64,000 nt of DNA from Phycisphaeraceae bacterium (GTDB lineage: Bacteria; Planctomycetota; Phycisphaerae; Phycisphaerales; Zrk34): assembly GCA_040905565.1 (NCBI GenBank), contig JBBDRF010000081.1, forward strand, positions 1-64,000, read 5' to 3'. The translations under genes were made by a program, and so were the position numbers. The notes beneath the pieces were generated by a model that was not told the DNA's origin, ran no database searches, and was given only the letters and a program-made list of their open reading frames with translations. Positions 10,520 through 21,115 of the stretch are shown here, one piece after another. The number at the start of each line of letters is the position of its first letter. Within the stretch, counting starts at the first letter, position 1.

Positions 10520-11623
10520 ATGATGCGTCTGGCATGCCGTGGCATCTTTTTCGTGGTGGCGCTCGCTCTGTTGACGGCACCGGCTCATGCGGATGAAGCT
10601 GCTGAGCGATTCGCGGAAGTTTACGGTCAGCTTCGGGCGATGACGGCGGAGGCTCAGGAGATCCGCACCGCCTACGCCGAGGCTGAGGGCGAGGAGCAAG
10701 CCGAGCTTGCTGAGCGTTTCAACGCGCTGGTCATGGAGCTGCGGGCGATGACGCCTCAACTCGCCGACGCGACGATCGACGCTTACGCCGCCGCCCCGAA
10801 CGCCGACGAAGACGTCGCCGCCACGCTCGCCGAGGTAGCGGGAAGCGCCATCGCTCGCGATCGATTCGATGAGGCTTACCGGGCCACACGTTTGATGATC
10901 GAGCATGAACACGCCAGCGACGAGCGTCACGCTTTGGCAGGGATCGCGGCGTTCGCTGTGGGTGAGTTTGATGAGGCTGCGGCGCACTTCGAAGCCGCTG
11001 AGCAGGCCGGTGCCATGACCCAGCGTGCCGCCCGTTTCGCCGGTTCCGTCGCCGACTATCAGGAGTATGGCGAGCAGGAGCAGGCGATCCGTGCGGAGGA
11101 AGCCGAGGCTGACGATCTTCCCCGCGTGCGGCTTGAGACGACGGCCGGCGACATGGTCATCGAACTGTTTGAGGACCACGCCCCGAACACCGTCGCGAAC
11201 TTCATCAATCTGGTGGAAGACGGCTTCTACGACGGGCTCAGTTTTCACCGCGTGCTGCCGAACTTCATGGCCCAGGGCGGCTGCCCCGAGGGCACCGGCA
11301 CCGGCGGGCCGGGTTACGCTGTGCCTTGCGAGCTTGATGGTGAGTACCGCCGGCACTTCCGGGGAACGCTTTCGATGGCGCACGCCGGGACCGACACAGG
11401 CGGCAGTCAGTTCTTCCTGACGTTTCTGCCCACGCCTCACCTCAACGGCCGACACACGGCCTTCGGGCGCGTGGTCGAGGGGATGGATGTGCTGGCGCAG
11501 CTGGAGCGCGTGGATCCGCAGCGGCCCCAGCCGGGCGTCGAGCCGAGCACCATCACGAAGGCCACGGTCATCCGCAAGCGCGACCACGATTACGATCTGA
11601 AGACCCTGCCGGCCACCCGGTAA
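10520..11623 (+). CDS. Exported cyclophilin-type peptidyl-prolyl isomerase with N-terminal TPR-like helices
   Basis: Signal peptide; FYDGLSFHRVLPNFMAQGG, GTLSMAHAG, GGSQFF, HLNGRHTAFG. Confidence 0.93.
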   Translation: MMRLACRGIFFVVALALLTAPAHADEAAERFAEVYGQLRAMTAEAQEIRTAYAEAEGEEQAELAERFNALVMELRAMTPQLADATIDAYAAAPNADEDVAATLAEVAGSAIARDRFDEAYRATRLMIEHEHASDERHALAGIAAFAVGEFDEAAAHFEAAEQAGAMTQRAARFAGSVADYQEYGEQEQAIRAEEAEADDLPRVRLETTAGDMVIELFEDHAPNTVANFINLVEDGFYDGLSFHRVLPNFMAQGGCPEGTGTGGPGYAVPCELDGEYRRHFRGTLSMAHAGTDTGGSQFFLTFLPTPHLNGRHTAFGRVVEGMDVLAQLERVDPQRPQPGVEPSTITKATVIRKRDHDYDLKTLPATR

Positions 11624-11674
11624 CGCGGCTTCGACCAAACCGTTCGCGCACGCCCTCTCGATCATGTGATCAGG

Positions 11675-11688
11675 GGCACGCATGTTGC
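11675..11688 (+). promoter_or_regulatory. Candidate sigma-54 (-24/-12) promoter
   Basis: GGCACG-CATG-TTGC with exact GG-N10-GC spacing, intergenic, 46 nt before the K+ channel ATG. Confidence 0.5.
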
Positions 11689-11734
11689 GTTGTACAAGAT
11701 GGCGGGGCGACGGGTCGCTTGACGAAGGAAAACG

Positions 11735-12592
11735 ATGGCTGCGCTGAAGAAGCGGGTTTACGCGGTGCTCGAGGGGCGGGACTGGGCGGACGGGACGACG
11801 CGGATCGTCAATGGACTGCTCATCGGTCTGATCGTGGCGAACGTGATCTCGCTGATGCTCGAAAGCATGGCCGGCGTCCGGGCGCAGTTCGGCGAGACGA
11901 TAAGGGTGTTCGACGCCGTTTCGGTCGTTATCTTTACGGTGGAATGGCTGCTGCGGGTATGGTCAAGCACGGCGTCGCCGCGGTACGTGGGGGCGGCGGG
12001 ACGAGTGCGGTTTGCAATGACCCCCATGGCGCTGATCGATCTGCTGGCGATCCTGCCGTTCTGGTTGCCGATGGTCGGCCTGGACCTGCGTGTGTTGCGA
12101 ATTCTGAGGCTGTTCCGACTTTTCCGTATCCTCAAGCTCGCCCGTTATTCACAAGCGCTGCAGACGTTCGGCCGGGTGGTGACGCGGAAGCGGGAGGAGT
12201 TGATCACGCTGCTGATGGTGCTCGGCGTGCTGCTGCTGATCGCGTCATCGCTGATGTATTACGTCGAGCACGAGGCGCAGCCCGAAGCTTTTTCAAGCAT
12301 CCCCGCGACGATGTGGTGGGGCATCGCGACGCTGACCACGGTGGGCTACGGCGATGTTTACCCGATAACGACGGGGGGCAAGCTGCTCGGGTCGGTCATC
12401 GCCGTTCTCGGCATCGGCATGTTCGCGTTGCCGACGGGTATTTTAGGGGCCGCGTTCGTGGATGAGCTGGCGCAACGCCGCTTGAGGGAGGGTGGGCAAG
12501 ATTCGGCGGGTTCGGAAGACGACACGCCCGATCACTGTCCGCACTGCGGCAAATCACTCAAGGTTGAACGCGAAGCTGTGGGATCGGAATGA
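11735..12592 (+). CDS. Voltage-gated-type potassium channel (ion transporter)
   Basis: S4 Arg repeats LRVLRILRLFRLFRILKL, filter TTVGYGD, C-terminal CPHCG. Confidence 0.93.
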   Translation: MAALKKRVYAVLEGRDWADGTTRIVNGLLIGLIVANVISLMLESMAGVRAQFGETIRVFDAVSVVIFTVEWLLRVWSSTASPRYVGAAGRVRFAMTPMALIDLLAILPFWLPMVGLDLRVLRILRLFRLFRILKLARYSQALQTFGRVVTRKREELITLLMVLGVLLLIASSLMYYVEHEAQPEAFSSIPATMWWGIATLTTVGYGDVYPITTGGKLLGSVIAVLGIGMFALPTGILGAAFVDELAQRRLREGGQDSAGSEDDTPDHCPHCGKSLKVEREAVGSE

Positions 12593-12606
12593 TGCCGCGG
12601 CGGCGA

Positions 12607-13788
12607 TCAGCTTTCGATCGCGTCCATCAGGTAGATCGCGATGGGGGTGTAGATGGCGACGGGGAGCCAGGCGATGACGGCGGGGGCGATGTTGCCCGGT
12701 GCGGCAATCTGCATCATCAGGAAGCCGCCACCCCACGCGCCAATGCACAGCGGGGCGACCTTCACCACTTGCATCAGCATGTTCTGAGGCGAGCGCAGCA
12801 GGAAGAACGGCAGCGCCATGCCCAGGATCAGCATGTTGACGACGACCATGCTGAAGCGGCTGTGCTTGATGCGCCGCAACTCGCCGGGGTCCAGCAGGGC
12901 TGAGCGTTCGATGAGTTGATCGAGTTGCTTGGTCGAGAGGAATTGCCGAAACCGGGCGCGTTCACGCTGAACGATGCTGACGGGGTCGAGATCGCTGGCG
13001 ATGAAGTCGATCGGGTCGGCCCGGCGGGTGGTGAGGTCGGGCTCGGCGGGGTTGGACGTTTCGCGCTGAACGCTGATGCCGTTGCTAAGCGACCAGCCCT
13101 TGCGGTCATCGTCCCAGACGGCCCGGTCGGCGGTGATGCGCAATGAGGCCCAGCCGAAGCGGCCGTCGCCGAGGGATTCGCGGACGAGGATGGTGACATC
13201 ACGCAGCGCATTATTGGCGACTTCGAACGCGGCCGCGGTGTAGAGCGCGCCGCTGGAGTCGGGCATGAAGCGGACCTGAAGCTCGCGGGCGTGTTCCTGG
13301 GCGATGTCGCCGTGTCGGCGTTGCAGTTGCTGGGCCATGGAGGGGAGCATCAGTTCCTGGTTGAGCACCATCAGCACATTGGCGGCGAAGCCGAGCGCGA
13401 GGATCGGCATGGCGATGCGCTGCATGCTGATGCCGCCGGCGAGGATGGCCGTCAGCTCGCGCGTCCGAAGCAACTGCGTGAGGGTGAACGCGGCGGCGCC
13501 CACCGGCAGCAGGCCGACCATGTAGTTGTAGTAGAGGAAGATCTGCGGGCCGTAGAAATCCGCAGCCAACGAGATGATGTGCCAGGCGCGGGCGAGCGGG
13601 TTACCGCCTTCCTGAGCGGCGGCGTTGACGAACTTATCGAAGTTCACGATCAGGTTGATCAGCAGAATCAGCCCGGTGATCACCACGAAGAGGATCACGA
13701 AGTTCAGCAGATACAGCCGCATGATGTAACGGTCGAGAATTTTCATCAGCGTCGAGGGGGTCCAGCCGGGTGTCGCGTCGGTGAGCAT
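12607..13788 (-). CDS. lptG: LptF/LptG family LPS export permease (LptG-like)
   Basis: MKILDRYI, RTRELTAILAGGISMQRIAMP, AWLP; tandem with its paralog. Confidence 0.85.
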   Translation of the reverse strand: MLTDATPGWTPSTLMKILDRYIMRLYLLNFVILFVVITGLILLINLIVNFDKFVNAAAQEGGNPLARAWHIISLAADFYGPQIFLYYNYMVGLLPVGAAAFTLTQLLRTRELTAILAGGISMQRIAMPILALGFAANVLMVLNQELMLPSMAQQLQRRHGDIAQEHARELQVRFMPDSSGALYTAAAFEVANNALRDVTILVRESLGDGRFGWASLRITADRAVWDDDRKGWSLSNGISVQRETSNPAEPDLTTRRADPIDFIASDLDPVSIVQRERARFRQFLSTKQLDQLIERSALLDPGELRRIKHSRFSMVVVNMLILGMALPFFLLRSPQNMLMQVVKVAPLCIGAWGGGFLMMQIAAPGNIAPAVIAWLPVAIYTPIAIYLMDAIES

Positions 13789-13818
13789 AAGCGGGGGCCG
13801 ACGCGGGGGGTCAAAGGT

Positions 13819-15468
13819 TCAATTGCGCGACAGTCTCCAGTAGACTCCGACCACGGTGGCGGCCAGTATCGCGTTGCCGGCCCAGGTCATCATGATGCCC
13901 CACTGGATGGGGAACCGCAGCGACTGGATCATGTTCTGACCCGTCGTGATCCCCAGAAACACCAGCACAGCAGGCACGAAACACCAGAAGAAGATCGTCA
14001 ACGGCACCTGGTTCCGCAGCAGCATCGCCATTACGGCACCAAGCATCAGCACCAGCGCACAGTTGACGGCGATCGCGCCGCGTTCGTGCATGCGGCTGGT
14101 GATATCACGCAGCAGATCGAGCACCTGCTCGGAGAGTGCGGCCCGGGCTGCGACCACATCGCTCGCGGCGTGGCCCTCGGAAAGCGTCATCAGTTCAGCG
14201 ACGTCGGCGGTGCGCAGGTCAGCCATCACCGTGGCGTCGAATCGCAGCAGCGGAAGTGTGACCTCACGCAGCGTGCTGGAGCCGGGCAGCGTGCGATCGC
14301 GCACCGTGACACGCTCGAGGACGAGGTTGATGCGCAGCTCCTCGGCGAGTTCGTCGTCGCTGACCTCCAGGCGACCGCTGCGCGCGTCCAGCTGCTGTGA
14401 GATGAGCCCGCCGCTGCGGGTACGGACGTTGAACGTTTCGCCGCTGCGTGGTTCGAGGTTCAGGTCGCTGCCCTGGATTTGTCCGACGACGTTGCGGAGT
14501 TGGTGTCGCTCGCCGCGGCCGGTGTCCAGCTCCAGTTCATCGTGTTCGATTAGTTCCTGCTGAAGCTGTTCGAGCAGATGGTGAACGGCAAGGGCCTCGA
14601 CAAGGTCACTTTTCTTGCCGCGGACGCTGCTGCTGAGCTCGGGCTGCTGAACGAGGTTGCGAAGCTGCGGCAGCGACATGAACTTCGGCTCCTGCGAGAA
14701 CGGCAGGGGAATTTCCTGCGCCCGCACAGAGGCCCGCTCATTGAAGACCAGTCGCCCCGTTTCGGGATCGTTATAAGTGACGTTGATCAGGCGAAGTGTG
14801 GCGTAGACCCGGTCGCGTTCGTCTTCACGATAGAGGTTCACCTCGGCTCGCTCAGCGGCACCGTCGCCGCCGGCCATACCTCCGTCGCGGCTCATGCGGC
14901 CGACGGCCACACCGTCGAGCACCAGCCTGTTATACGGCCGCAAGCTGCCTTCAGGGATGTCCTCATTGATGGGGACATTGGAATGGGCGACGTCGGCGTA
15001 AAGTAGTAATCGGCCGAGGCGGACGACCTCCCGCCTTTGAATCTGCCTCACCACCATCTCCGCCACGTCCTGCTCCACCTCCTGCGAGACGACCCGCCAG
15101 AAGTGCGGCACGACCCAGTTGCTCAGCCAGAACAGGCTTCCCGTGAGCAGCAGGCCGACGATCAGGACCGGTGCCAAAAGACTCCGATAACTGACGCCCG
15201 TGGCGGCACATGCGGTGATTTCATTATCAGCAGCCATGCGGAAAAACAGCAGCGTACTGGCGAAAGCGGCCGCGAACGGCAGGGCGAACAGCAACATGCC
15301 CGGGATCGTGTAAACGATGACGCGCAGCATCTGCGCCGGGCCCAGCAGACCTTCGCTGATGGGACCGATACTGAACCCGAACGCCATCACGACGACCAGG
15401 ACGGCCGAACTGGCGGCCAGGAGTTTCAGCAGTTCTCTCAAAATGTAGCGGTGCAGCGTCAGCAGCAT
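13819..15468 (-). CDS. lptF: LptF/LptG family LPS export permease (LptF-like, enlarged periplasmic domain)
   Basis: TLHRYILRE, RMAADNEITACAATGVS..LLAP. Confidence 0.85.
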   Translation of the reverse strand: MLLTLHRYILRELLKLLAASSAVLVVVMAFGFSIGPISEGLLGPAQMLRVIVYTIPGMLLFALPFAAAFASTLLFFRMAADNEITACAATGVSYRSLLAPVLIVGLLLTGSLFWLSNWVVPHFWRVVSQEVEQDVAEMVVRQIQRREVVRLGRLLLYADVAHSNVPINEDIPEGSLRPYNRLVLDGVAVGRMSRDGGMAGGDGAAERAEVNLYREDERDRVYATLRLINVTYNDPETGRLVFNERASVRAQEIPLPFSQEPKFMSLPQLRNLVQQPELSSSVRGKKSDLVEALAVHHLLEQLQQELIEHDELELDTGRGERHQLRNVVGQIQGSDLNLEPRSGETFNVRTRSGGLISQQLDARSGRLEVSDDELAEELRINLVLERVTVRDRTLPGSSTLREVTLPLLRFDATVMADLRTADVAELMTLSEGHAASDVVAARAALSEQVLDLLRDITSRMHERGAIAVNCALVLMLGAVMAMLLRNQVPLTIFFWCFVPAVLVFLGITTGQNMIQSLRFPIQWGIMMTWAGNAILAATVVGVYWRLSRN

Positions 15469-15687
15469 AGACGCGTATGGTATGCGGCAAGGATGCGAAG
15501 TGGAAACGCCCCCCCACCCCCCCCCACTTTGCCCGGCGCATTTTCCTGCGAAAATTTGTCCCGCTAAGACAATAGCCGCGACGCCATGCCTCGCTGGACG
15601 CCCTCCCGGGCATTTTCTGGCGATTTGTCCGCCCCCGGCCTATCATGCGGCTGAACGAATCGACCGATCAAACGTATAGATGTAGAT

Positions 15688-16044
15688 ATGGATCAGCACC
15701 GCCGTTCAATCAGCTCGCGACACTGTTTCGTGGTTCCGGCCGTTCTTGCCGGGCTCGCGGTGGCTGTGCCTCTGGCTGCGGCGGCGGGTCCGTCGCTGGG
15801 CTATCACCGCTCAGCGGCGACGGTGGTCTCGTCCGATCGGGCGGAGCAGTTGATCCAGTTCGTCAGTGAAGCGGCCCGGCAGTTGTGCGGGTCGCAGGAG
15901 GCGATGGCGCCGAATCGGCCTCACATGGCGGCGTCGCTGCCGGCGGCGCCGATGGCGACCTGCCCCGATGCCCCGGCCACGCCTCGGCCGCCGACGCATG
16001 TCGCGCTGCCTCAGTTCATCGCCTTGCCCCCGCCGATCGTTTGA
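15688..16044 (+). CDS. Secreted small protein upstream of secA; candidate translation-arrest leader
   Basis: Sec signal peptide, Pro-rich linker, C-terminus PQFIALPPPIV; co-oriented with secA. Confidence 0.65.
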   Translation: MDQHRRSISSRHCFVVPAVLAGLAVAVPLAAAAGPSLGYHRSAATVVSSDRAEQLIQFVSEAARQLCGSQEAMAPNRPHMAASLPAAPMATCPDAPATPRPPTHVALPQFIALPPPIV

Positions 16045-16228
16045 CCCTCTGCCCCGCCCGTCCTCTGCGTTCTTGAGGATGAGCGGCCCCTGCCCATCAC
16101 CTAATTGCCTGTGACGCACCTGAGATTCGGGTGCTCCATGCCCGGTCGTCGGCTTAGCAGCTGCCTCATGCAGCCGAGTCGAAGGCCGATCCTTTCAAGT
16201 TTCACGCTAGAAGCAGAGACGTCATCCC

Positions 16229-19200
16229 ATGGCCATTCTCGATTCCGTCAGCAAACCGTTCGTCAAGATCTTCGGCTCCCGCAACGACCGCGTCGTCAAA
16301 AGCTACCGACGCCAGGCGGAGCAGGTGACCGAGCTTGAACCGCAGATCATCAAACTCACCGACGCCGAGCTGCGCGACCGCGCGGCGGCGCTGCGTCAGC
16401 AGGTGAGCGACGGCACGCCGGCCTCGCAGTTGAAGTACGAAGCGCTGGCGATCATGCGCGAATCGCTGGACCGCAACATCGGCATCCGGTCGATTTTCAG
16501 CCCCGAGCATCGCGAGAAGTTCGATCCGTCGAAGCTGCCCGCCGAGGCTCGCCATCATTACGACCAGATCATGGCGGAGGTCGACGCGCTGGAGCCGGTG
16601 AACGTGCTCGGTTCCGACGAGCCGGTGCCGGGCTACATGCAGGTCGACATTCCCAACGCCATCTACGACGCCGTGCGTGAGATTTATCCCGAGTCGCGGC
16701 CGCCGTTCCGCTGTCGGCCGTTTGATGTGCAGCTCATCGGCGGGATGGTGCTCTTTGAAGGCAAGATCGCGGAGATGAAGACCGGTGAGGGCAAGACGAT
16801 TGTCGCCCCCCTCGCCTGTTTCCTGGCCTCGATCGAAGGCCTGCAGTGCCACGTGGTGACGGTGAACGACTACCTCGTCCAGCGTGACCGGGACTGGGTG
16901 TTCCCCGCGTTCCATCGGCTCGGGTTCACGATCGGCGCGATTCATCCCTACCACATGCAGCCGGCCGACGCGAAGCAGCGCGCTTACATGTGCGACGTGG
17001 TCTATGGCACGAACGCCGAGTTCGGCTTTGACTACCTGCGCGACAACATGAAGCTGCGGGCCGACGAGCAGGTGCAAAAGAAACGCGACTTCTGCATCGT
17101 TGACGAGATCGACTCGATCCTCATCGACGAAGCCCGCACGCCCCTCATCATCTCCGGCCCCGCCCACAGCGATGCCCCGCAGTACATCAAAGCCAACCAG
17201 GTCGCGGAAGAACTCAAACGCCTTCAGAAACAGGCGAACGCCGACACGAAGCAACGGCTGGCGCAGGCCGATTTCATCGACCAGTGTGCCGCGGCGAACA
17301 AAGTCTCCAACAGCGAAATCGAGAAGATCGTCGGCAAGTTCCGCGATCTGGGCCCCGATTTCCTCGCGGAAAAAGATGCTGAGATGATCGGCCACGTTCA
17401 GTATTACGTCGTCAAGCGTGAGCAGAAGGCGGCGAACATGACCGCCATCGGCGTGGAGGAAGCCCAGAAGCTCGTCGGCACCCGCTTCTACGTCGTCGGC
17501 AACGACATGGCGTGGGACCATCTGATCAACAACGCCCTGCGCGCTCATGCGGTCTACGAAAACGATCGCGAGTATGTCGTGCAGAACGGCGAGATTGTGA
17601 TCGTCGACGAGAACACCGGTCGATTGATGGTCGGTCGCCAGTGGTCCGACGGTCTGCACCAGGCCATCGAAGCCAAGGAAGCGCACCACGGCGTCAAGAT
17701 CAAACAGGAAACGCAAACCCTCGCGACGATCACGATCCAGAACTTCTTCAAACTCTACAAACGCCTGGCGGGCATGACCGGTACCGCGCTCACCGAGGCC
17801 AACGAGTTCATGGAGATTTACGGGCTGGACGTGACGGCCATCCCCACCAACCGTCCCATCGTCCGTGACGATTCGAACGACCTGATCTTCCTCACGGAAG
17901 ACGCGAAGTGGAAGGCGATCCTCGGCGAAGTCGTCGAGCATCACCAGCAAGGGCGGCCGGTGCTGGTGGGCACGACGAGCGTGGAGAAATCCGAAGTCCT
18001 CGCAGCCCTCCTCAAAAAGAAGCACGGCGTGGAGCACGAAATCCTCAACGCCAAGCAGCACGAACGCGAAGCGACCATCATCGCCAAGGCCGGTCAGCAG
18101 CACGTCAACCATCGCAAAGAGACGGTCGGCAACGTGACGATCGCTACGAACATGGCCGGGCGTGGTACCGACATCAAGCTGGCGAAGGAAGTGGTTGCAG
18201 CGGGCGGTTTGCACATCGTCGGCACCGAACGGCACGAAGCGCGGCGCATTGATAACCAGCTGCGTGGTCGTGCAGGGCGGCAAGGCGACCCGGGCTCCTC
18301 GCGATTCTTCATCAGTATGGAAGACGACCTGATGAAGATGTTCGCAGGCAAGTCGACCATGAAAGCGCTCTCCGTGCTCGGCATGCAGGAGGACGACGCG
18401 ATCGAACACCGCTGGATTTCGCGGTCCGTCGAGCGTGCTCAGAAGAAGGTTGAAGAGCGGAACTTTGCGATCCGCAAGAACCTGCTCGAATACGACGAGG
18501 TCATGGAGTACCAGCGGAACTACTTCTACGGCACGCGGCAGAAGGTGCTGGAAGGCAAAGAGGTTCGCGAGCTGATCAGCGAGTACCTCACCGAGGCGAT
18601 CGAAGACGCCGTCGGCCGCTATTACGATCCGGATTACATTCCCAACCAGGTGGCCGAGGCGATCAAGGCGACGCTGAACGTCACCGTCGAGCCCGCCAAA
18701 CTGCGAGGCGACGACCTGTCGGATGTTGAAACCGCGATCCGCTCCGACGCGAAAGCGGAGGTGCGGCAGGATGTCGAAATCAACGTCGGCGAGTACATGT
18801 CCGATGACATCCCCGACGAAGACTGGGACTACAAGGGCCTGGCGCAGTGGGCGATGAGCCGCTTCAGCGTGGACCTGAAAGTGGCAAAACTTCGGGAGAT
18901 GGATCCCTACCAGGTCGTCGAGCATCTGACGGAAGTCGCGCACGGGTTGATTGATCGACAGTCGCTGGAGGCGCTGGACCGTTATTACGATCCCGGCTAC
19001 GCCGCCAGCGAACTGGCGCACTGGGCCCGGCAGAAGTTCGCGCTCGAACTCACGGTCGAGGAACTTCAGGCGAAGCAGAACGAGTCGCATGAGCAGGCCG
19101 AGCAGCGCATCGCTGAGTTGATTTTCGAGCGGGCGGAAAAGGCCTACCAGCGACGCGAGATCGAGTACCCCATCCGCTTCATTCTCGACATGGTTTTCGG

Positions 19201-20026
19201 CGCCATCCGCGACGGCGGCGATCAGGCGGCTCCGTGGGCAGCTGACCAGCTGGTGAAGTGGGCGAACCATCGCTTCGACCTCGGCTGGACGCCCGAGCAG
19301 GTGACCAGCAAGGACGGCGACGCGCTCTTCCGCGAACTGCTCGACGCTTCCGAGCAGTGGCACAATGGCAAGCTCGAAGCCTGGCTCGACAGCACCCTCG
19401 CGGACAATCCCAGCGACGACACGCTGGCCCAGCGGGTGAAGGATCGGTGGGCGGTTCAGCTGCGTGATGAGGATCTGGCGAACCCCGACCGCCGGGCGAT
19501 GCTGCACGACAAAGCGATCCGGGTGATGCGGGCGGAGCTGACGCAGCTTGAGCGGTTCGTGCTGCTGCAGATTCTCGACCAGGCGTGGAAGGACCATCTC
19601 TACGGGATGGACCAACTGAAGGATTCGATCGGCCTCCGGGGCTTCGGCGAGAAGGACCCGAAGATCGAGTACAAGCGGGAAGGCTCGACGCAGTTCAAGG
19701 AGATGCTGGCCGGCGTCCGCGACAAGGTCACGGACATGATCTTCAAAGCCCGCCTCACCCCGCAGGTGCAGATGCGAAACCCCTACGCCCAGCAGCAGGC
19801 TTCGCATGAGCAGGCCGAATCCACCGGCGTCGGCGCGGGCGCGCCCGCTTCCGAAGCGGCCGGCACCGCTGAGCAGCAGGCCGACCAGAAAGCGGCGCAG
19901 CGTGCCGGCTCCAAACGACAGGTCACCAAGACCATCGTGAACAAGGCCCCGCAGGTCGGCCGCAACGACGCATGCCCCTGCGGCTCAGGCAAGAAGTTCA
20001 AAAAATGCTGCGGCCAGGCCGCGTAA
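16229..20026 (+). CDS. secA: Preprotein translocase ATPase SecA (1265 aa, with insertions)
   Basis: [75 protein letters not shown]. Confidence 0.98.
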   Translation: MAILDSVSKPFVKIFGSRNDRVVKSYRRQAEQVTELEPQIIKLTDAELRDRAAALRQQVSDGTPASQLKYEALAIMRESLDRNIGIRSIFSPEHREKFDPSKLPAEARHHYDQIMAEVDALEPVNVLGSDEPVPGYMQVDIPNAIYDAVREIYPESRPPFRCRPFDVQLIGGMVLFEGKIAEMKTGEGKTIVAPLACFLASIEGLQCHVVTVNDYLVQRDRDWVFPAFHRLGFTIGAIHPYHMQPADAKQRAYMCDVVYGTNAEFGFDYLRDNMKLRADEQVQKKRDFCIVDEIDSILIDEARTPLIISGPAHSDAPQYIKANQVAEELKRLQKQANADTKQRLAQADFIDQCAAANKVSNSEIEKIVGKFRDLGPDFLAEKDAEMIGHVQYYVVKREQKAANMTAIGVEEAQKLVGTRFYVVGNDMAWDHLINNALRAHAVYENDREYVVQNGEIVIVDENTGRLMVGRQWSDGLHQAIEAKEAHHGVKIKQETQTLATITIQNFFKLYKRLAGMTGTALTEANEFMEIYGLDVTAIPTNRPIVRDDSNDLIFLTEDAKWKAILGEVVEHHQQGRPVLVGTTSVEKSEVLAALLKKKHGVEHEILNAKQHEREATIIAKAGQQHVNHRKETVGNVTIATNMAGRGTDIKLAKEVVAAGGLHIVGTERHEARRIDNQLRGRAGRQGDPGSSRFFISMEDDLMKMFAGKSTMKALSVLGMQEDDAIEHRWISRSVERAQKKVEERNFAIRKNLLEYDEVMEYQRNYFYGTRQKVLEGKEVRELISEYLTEAIEDAVGRYYDPDYIPNQVAEAIKATLNVTVEPAKLRGDDLSDVETAIRSDAKAEVRQDVEINVGEYMSDDIPDEDWDYKGLAQWAMSRFSVDLKVAKLREMDPYQVVEHLTEVAHGLIDRQSLEALDRYYDPGYAASELAHWARQKFALELTVEELQAKQNESHEQAEQRIAELIFERAEKAYQRREIEYPIRFILDMVFGAIRDGGDQAAPWAADQLVKWANHRFDLGWTPEQVTSKDGDALFRELLDASEQWHNGKLEAWLDSTLADNPSDDTLAQRVKDRWAVQLRDEDLANPDRRAMLHDKAIRVMRAELTQLERFVLLQILDQAWKDHLYGMDQLKDSIGLRGFGEKDPKIEYKREGSTQFKEMLAGVRDKVTDMIFKARLTPQVQMRNPYAQQQASHEQAESTGVGAGAPASEAAGTAEQQADQKAAQRAGSKRQVTKTIVNKAPQVGRNDACPCGSGKKFKKCCGQAA

Positions 20027-20050
20027 GCAGCCCACGCACCTCAGCACACA

Positions 20051-20108
20051 GTAGCCGCGGGCTTACAGCCCGCCGGTCCGTCCGGCGACGCGTAGCGTCG
20101 CGGCTATT
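20051..20108. repeat. REP doublet family B, second copy (heterodimer)
   Basis: GTAGCCGCGGGCTTACAGCCCGCCGGTCC plus inverted variant GGCGACGCGTAGCGTCGCGGCTATT; the variant also occurs at 15570-15597. Confidence 0.8.
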
Positions 20109-20118
20109 GGTGTGGCGT

Positions 20119-21030
20119 TTAGTTTTCTTCGAATTCGAGGACTTCGTCGGCGCTGAGGCGGTAGAGGCTGTGGAGGAAGACGCCGCTATAGATCGCGCCG
20201 GCGCTGAAGGTGCCGGTGACGGTGACCGGCTGGTCGCCTGCGTAGGGGACGTACTCGCCGTCGGCGGTGGTGACTTCGATCCAGTCCATCGGTGCGGGGG
20301 TGACGCAGAAGAAGCAGCTGGGGACGACGGGGACGAGCGTGAATTCGCTGGTGCCGCCGTCGCGGAAGTTGTTGGGGATCATGTACCCGCTGATGGCGAC
20401 CTTCTGGTTGTTCAGCTTGCGGATATCGTCGGGCAGCTGGCTGAAGTCGGGCTCGGTGAGTTCGCCGCGACGGCCCTTGGCGGGGTCGGCGCGCTCGGGG
20501 GGGTTGTCGTGGAATTCGAAGCCGCCGATCTGCGGGAACGTGAGGCTGATGTAGCCGTCGACCTCGGGCGTCTCCAGCGGCTCGCCGCCTAGCTCGTGCA
20601 TCTGTTCCAGCGCGGAAGCAGCGACCTTGCTACGTGCTTCGGGATCCTGATCCGCCGCCTCGATACCCGCCGCTTCGACCTCGTTTTCTACCAGTTCCTC
20701 GGCAGCGCGGCGTTCGGCTTCGACTTCGGATTCCTCCACATCCAGCATCTCGTCAAGCGACGCCTCGGCGCTGGGCGATGCGTCTTCGGCAGCCTCGGAC
20801 TCGTTGGCGACCTCGGCCTCGGGCTCAGCGGCCTCGTCCTCGACAGCCTCGGTTTCCGCGTCGGGCTGCGCCGTGCTCGTGCCGTCGTCGAAGGCGGTGC
20901 CTTGGACGTCGGCCGTTTCGACGTTGGGGGCGGGCTCGCCGCTGTCACTGCATCCGATGCTGAGGGTGGCGATTGCGAGTGCGAAGGCTGTCGCCAGTGT
21001 TGCGCGAGTATTCAACAAGCGTGTGCGCAT
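20119..21030 (-). CDS. DUF3299-like lipoprotein
   Basis: Lipobox SIGC, acidic linker, LNNQKVAISGYMIP, SCFFC..P, VTVTGTF. Confidence 0.75.
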   Translation of the reverse strand: MRTRLLNTRATLATAFALAIATLSIGCSDSGEPAPNVETADVQGTAFDDGTSTAQPDAETEAVEDEAAEPEAEVANESEAAEDASPSAEASLDEMLDVEESEVEAERRAAEELVENEVEAAGIEAADQDPEARSKVAASALEQMHELGGEPLETPEVDGYISLTFPQIGGFEFHDNPPERADPAKGRRGELTEPDFSQLPDDIRKLNNQKVAISGYMIPNNFRDGGTSEFTLVPVVPSCFFCVTPAPMDWIEVTTADGEYVPYAGDQPVTVTGTFSAGAIYSGVFLHSLYRLSADEVLEFEEN

Positions 21031-21115
21031 GGCTGGATCACTTTCGTCGTCGTGAAAATAGGTGTCGGGGTCCTGCGATATTGTAGCCTGCGCCTGGTGT
21101 CGATGGCGAGCGCAT

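Noticed and set aside
16202..19807. 1201-aa antisense ORF over secA (similarly 52501..55110 over ppdK, 28422..30152, 59627..61168, 10457..11683)
   Set aside because: Antisense shadows of real genes caused by GC-rich codon bias; no recognisable motifs.
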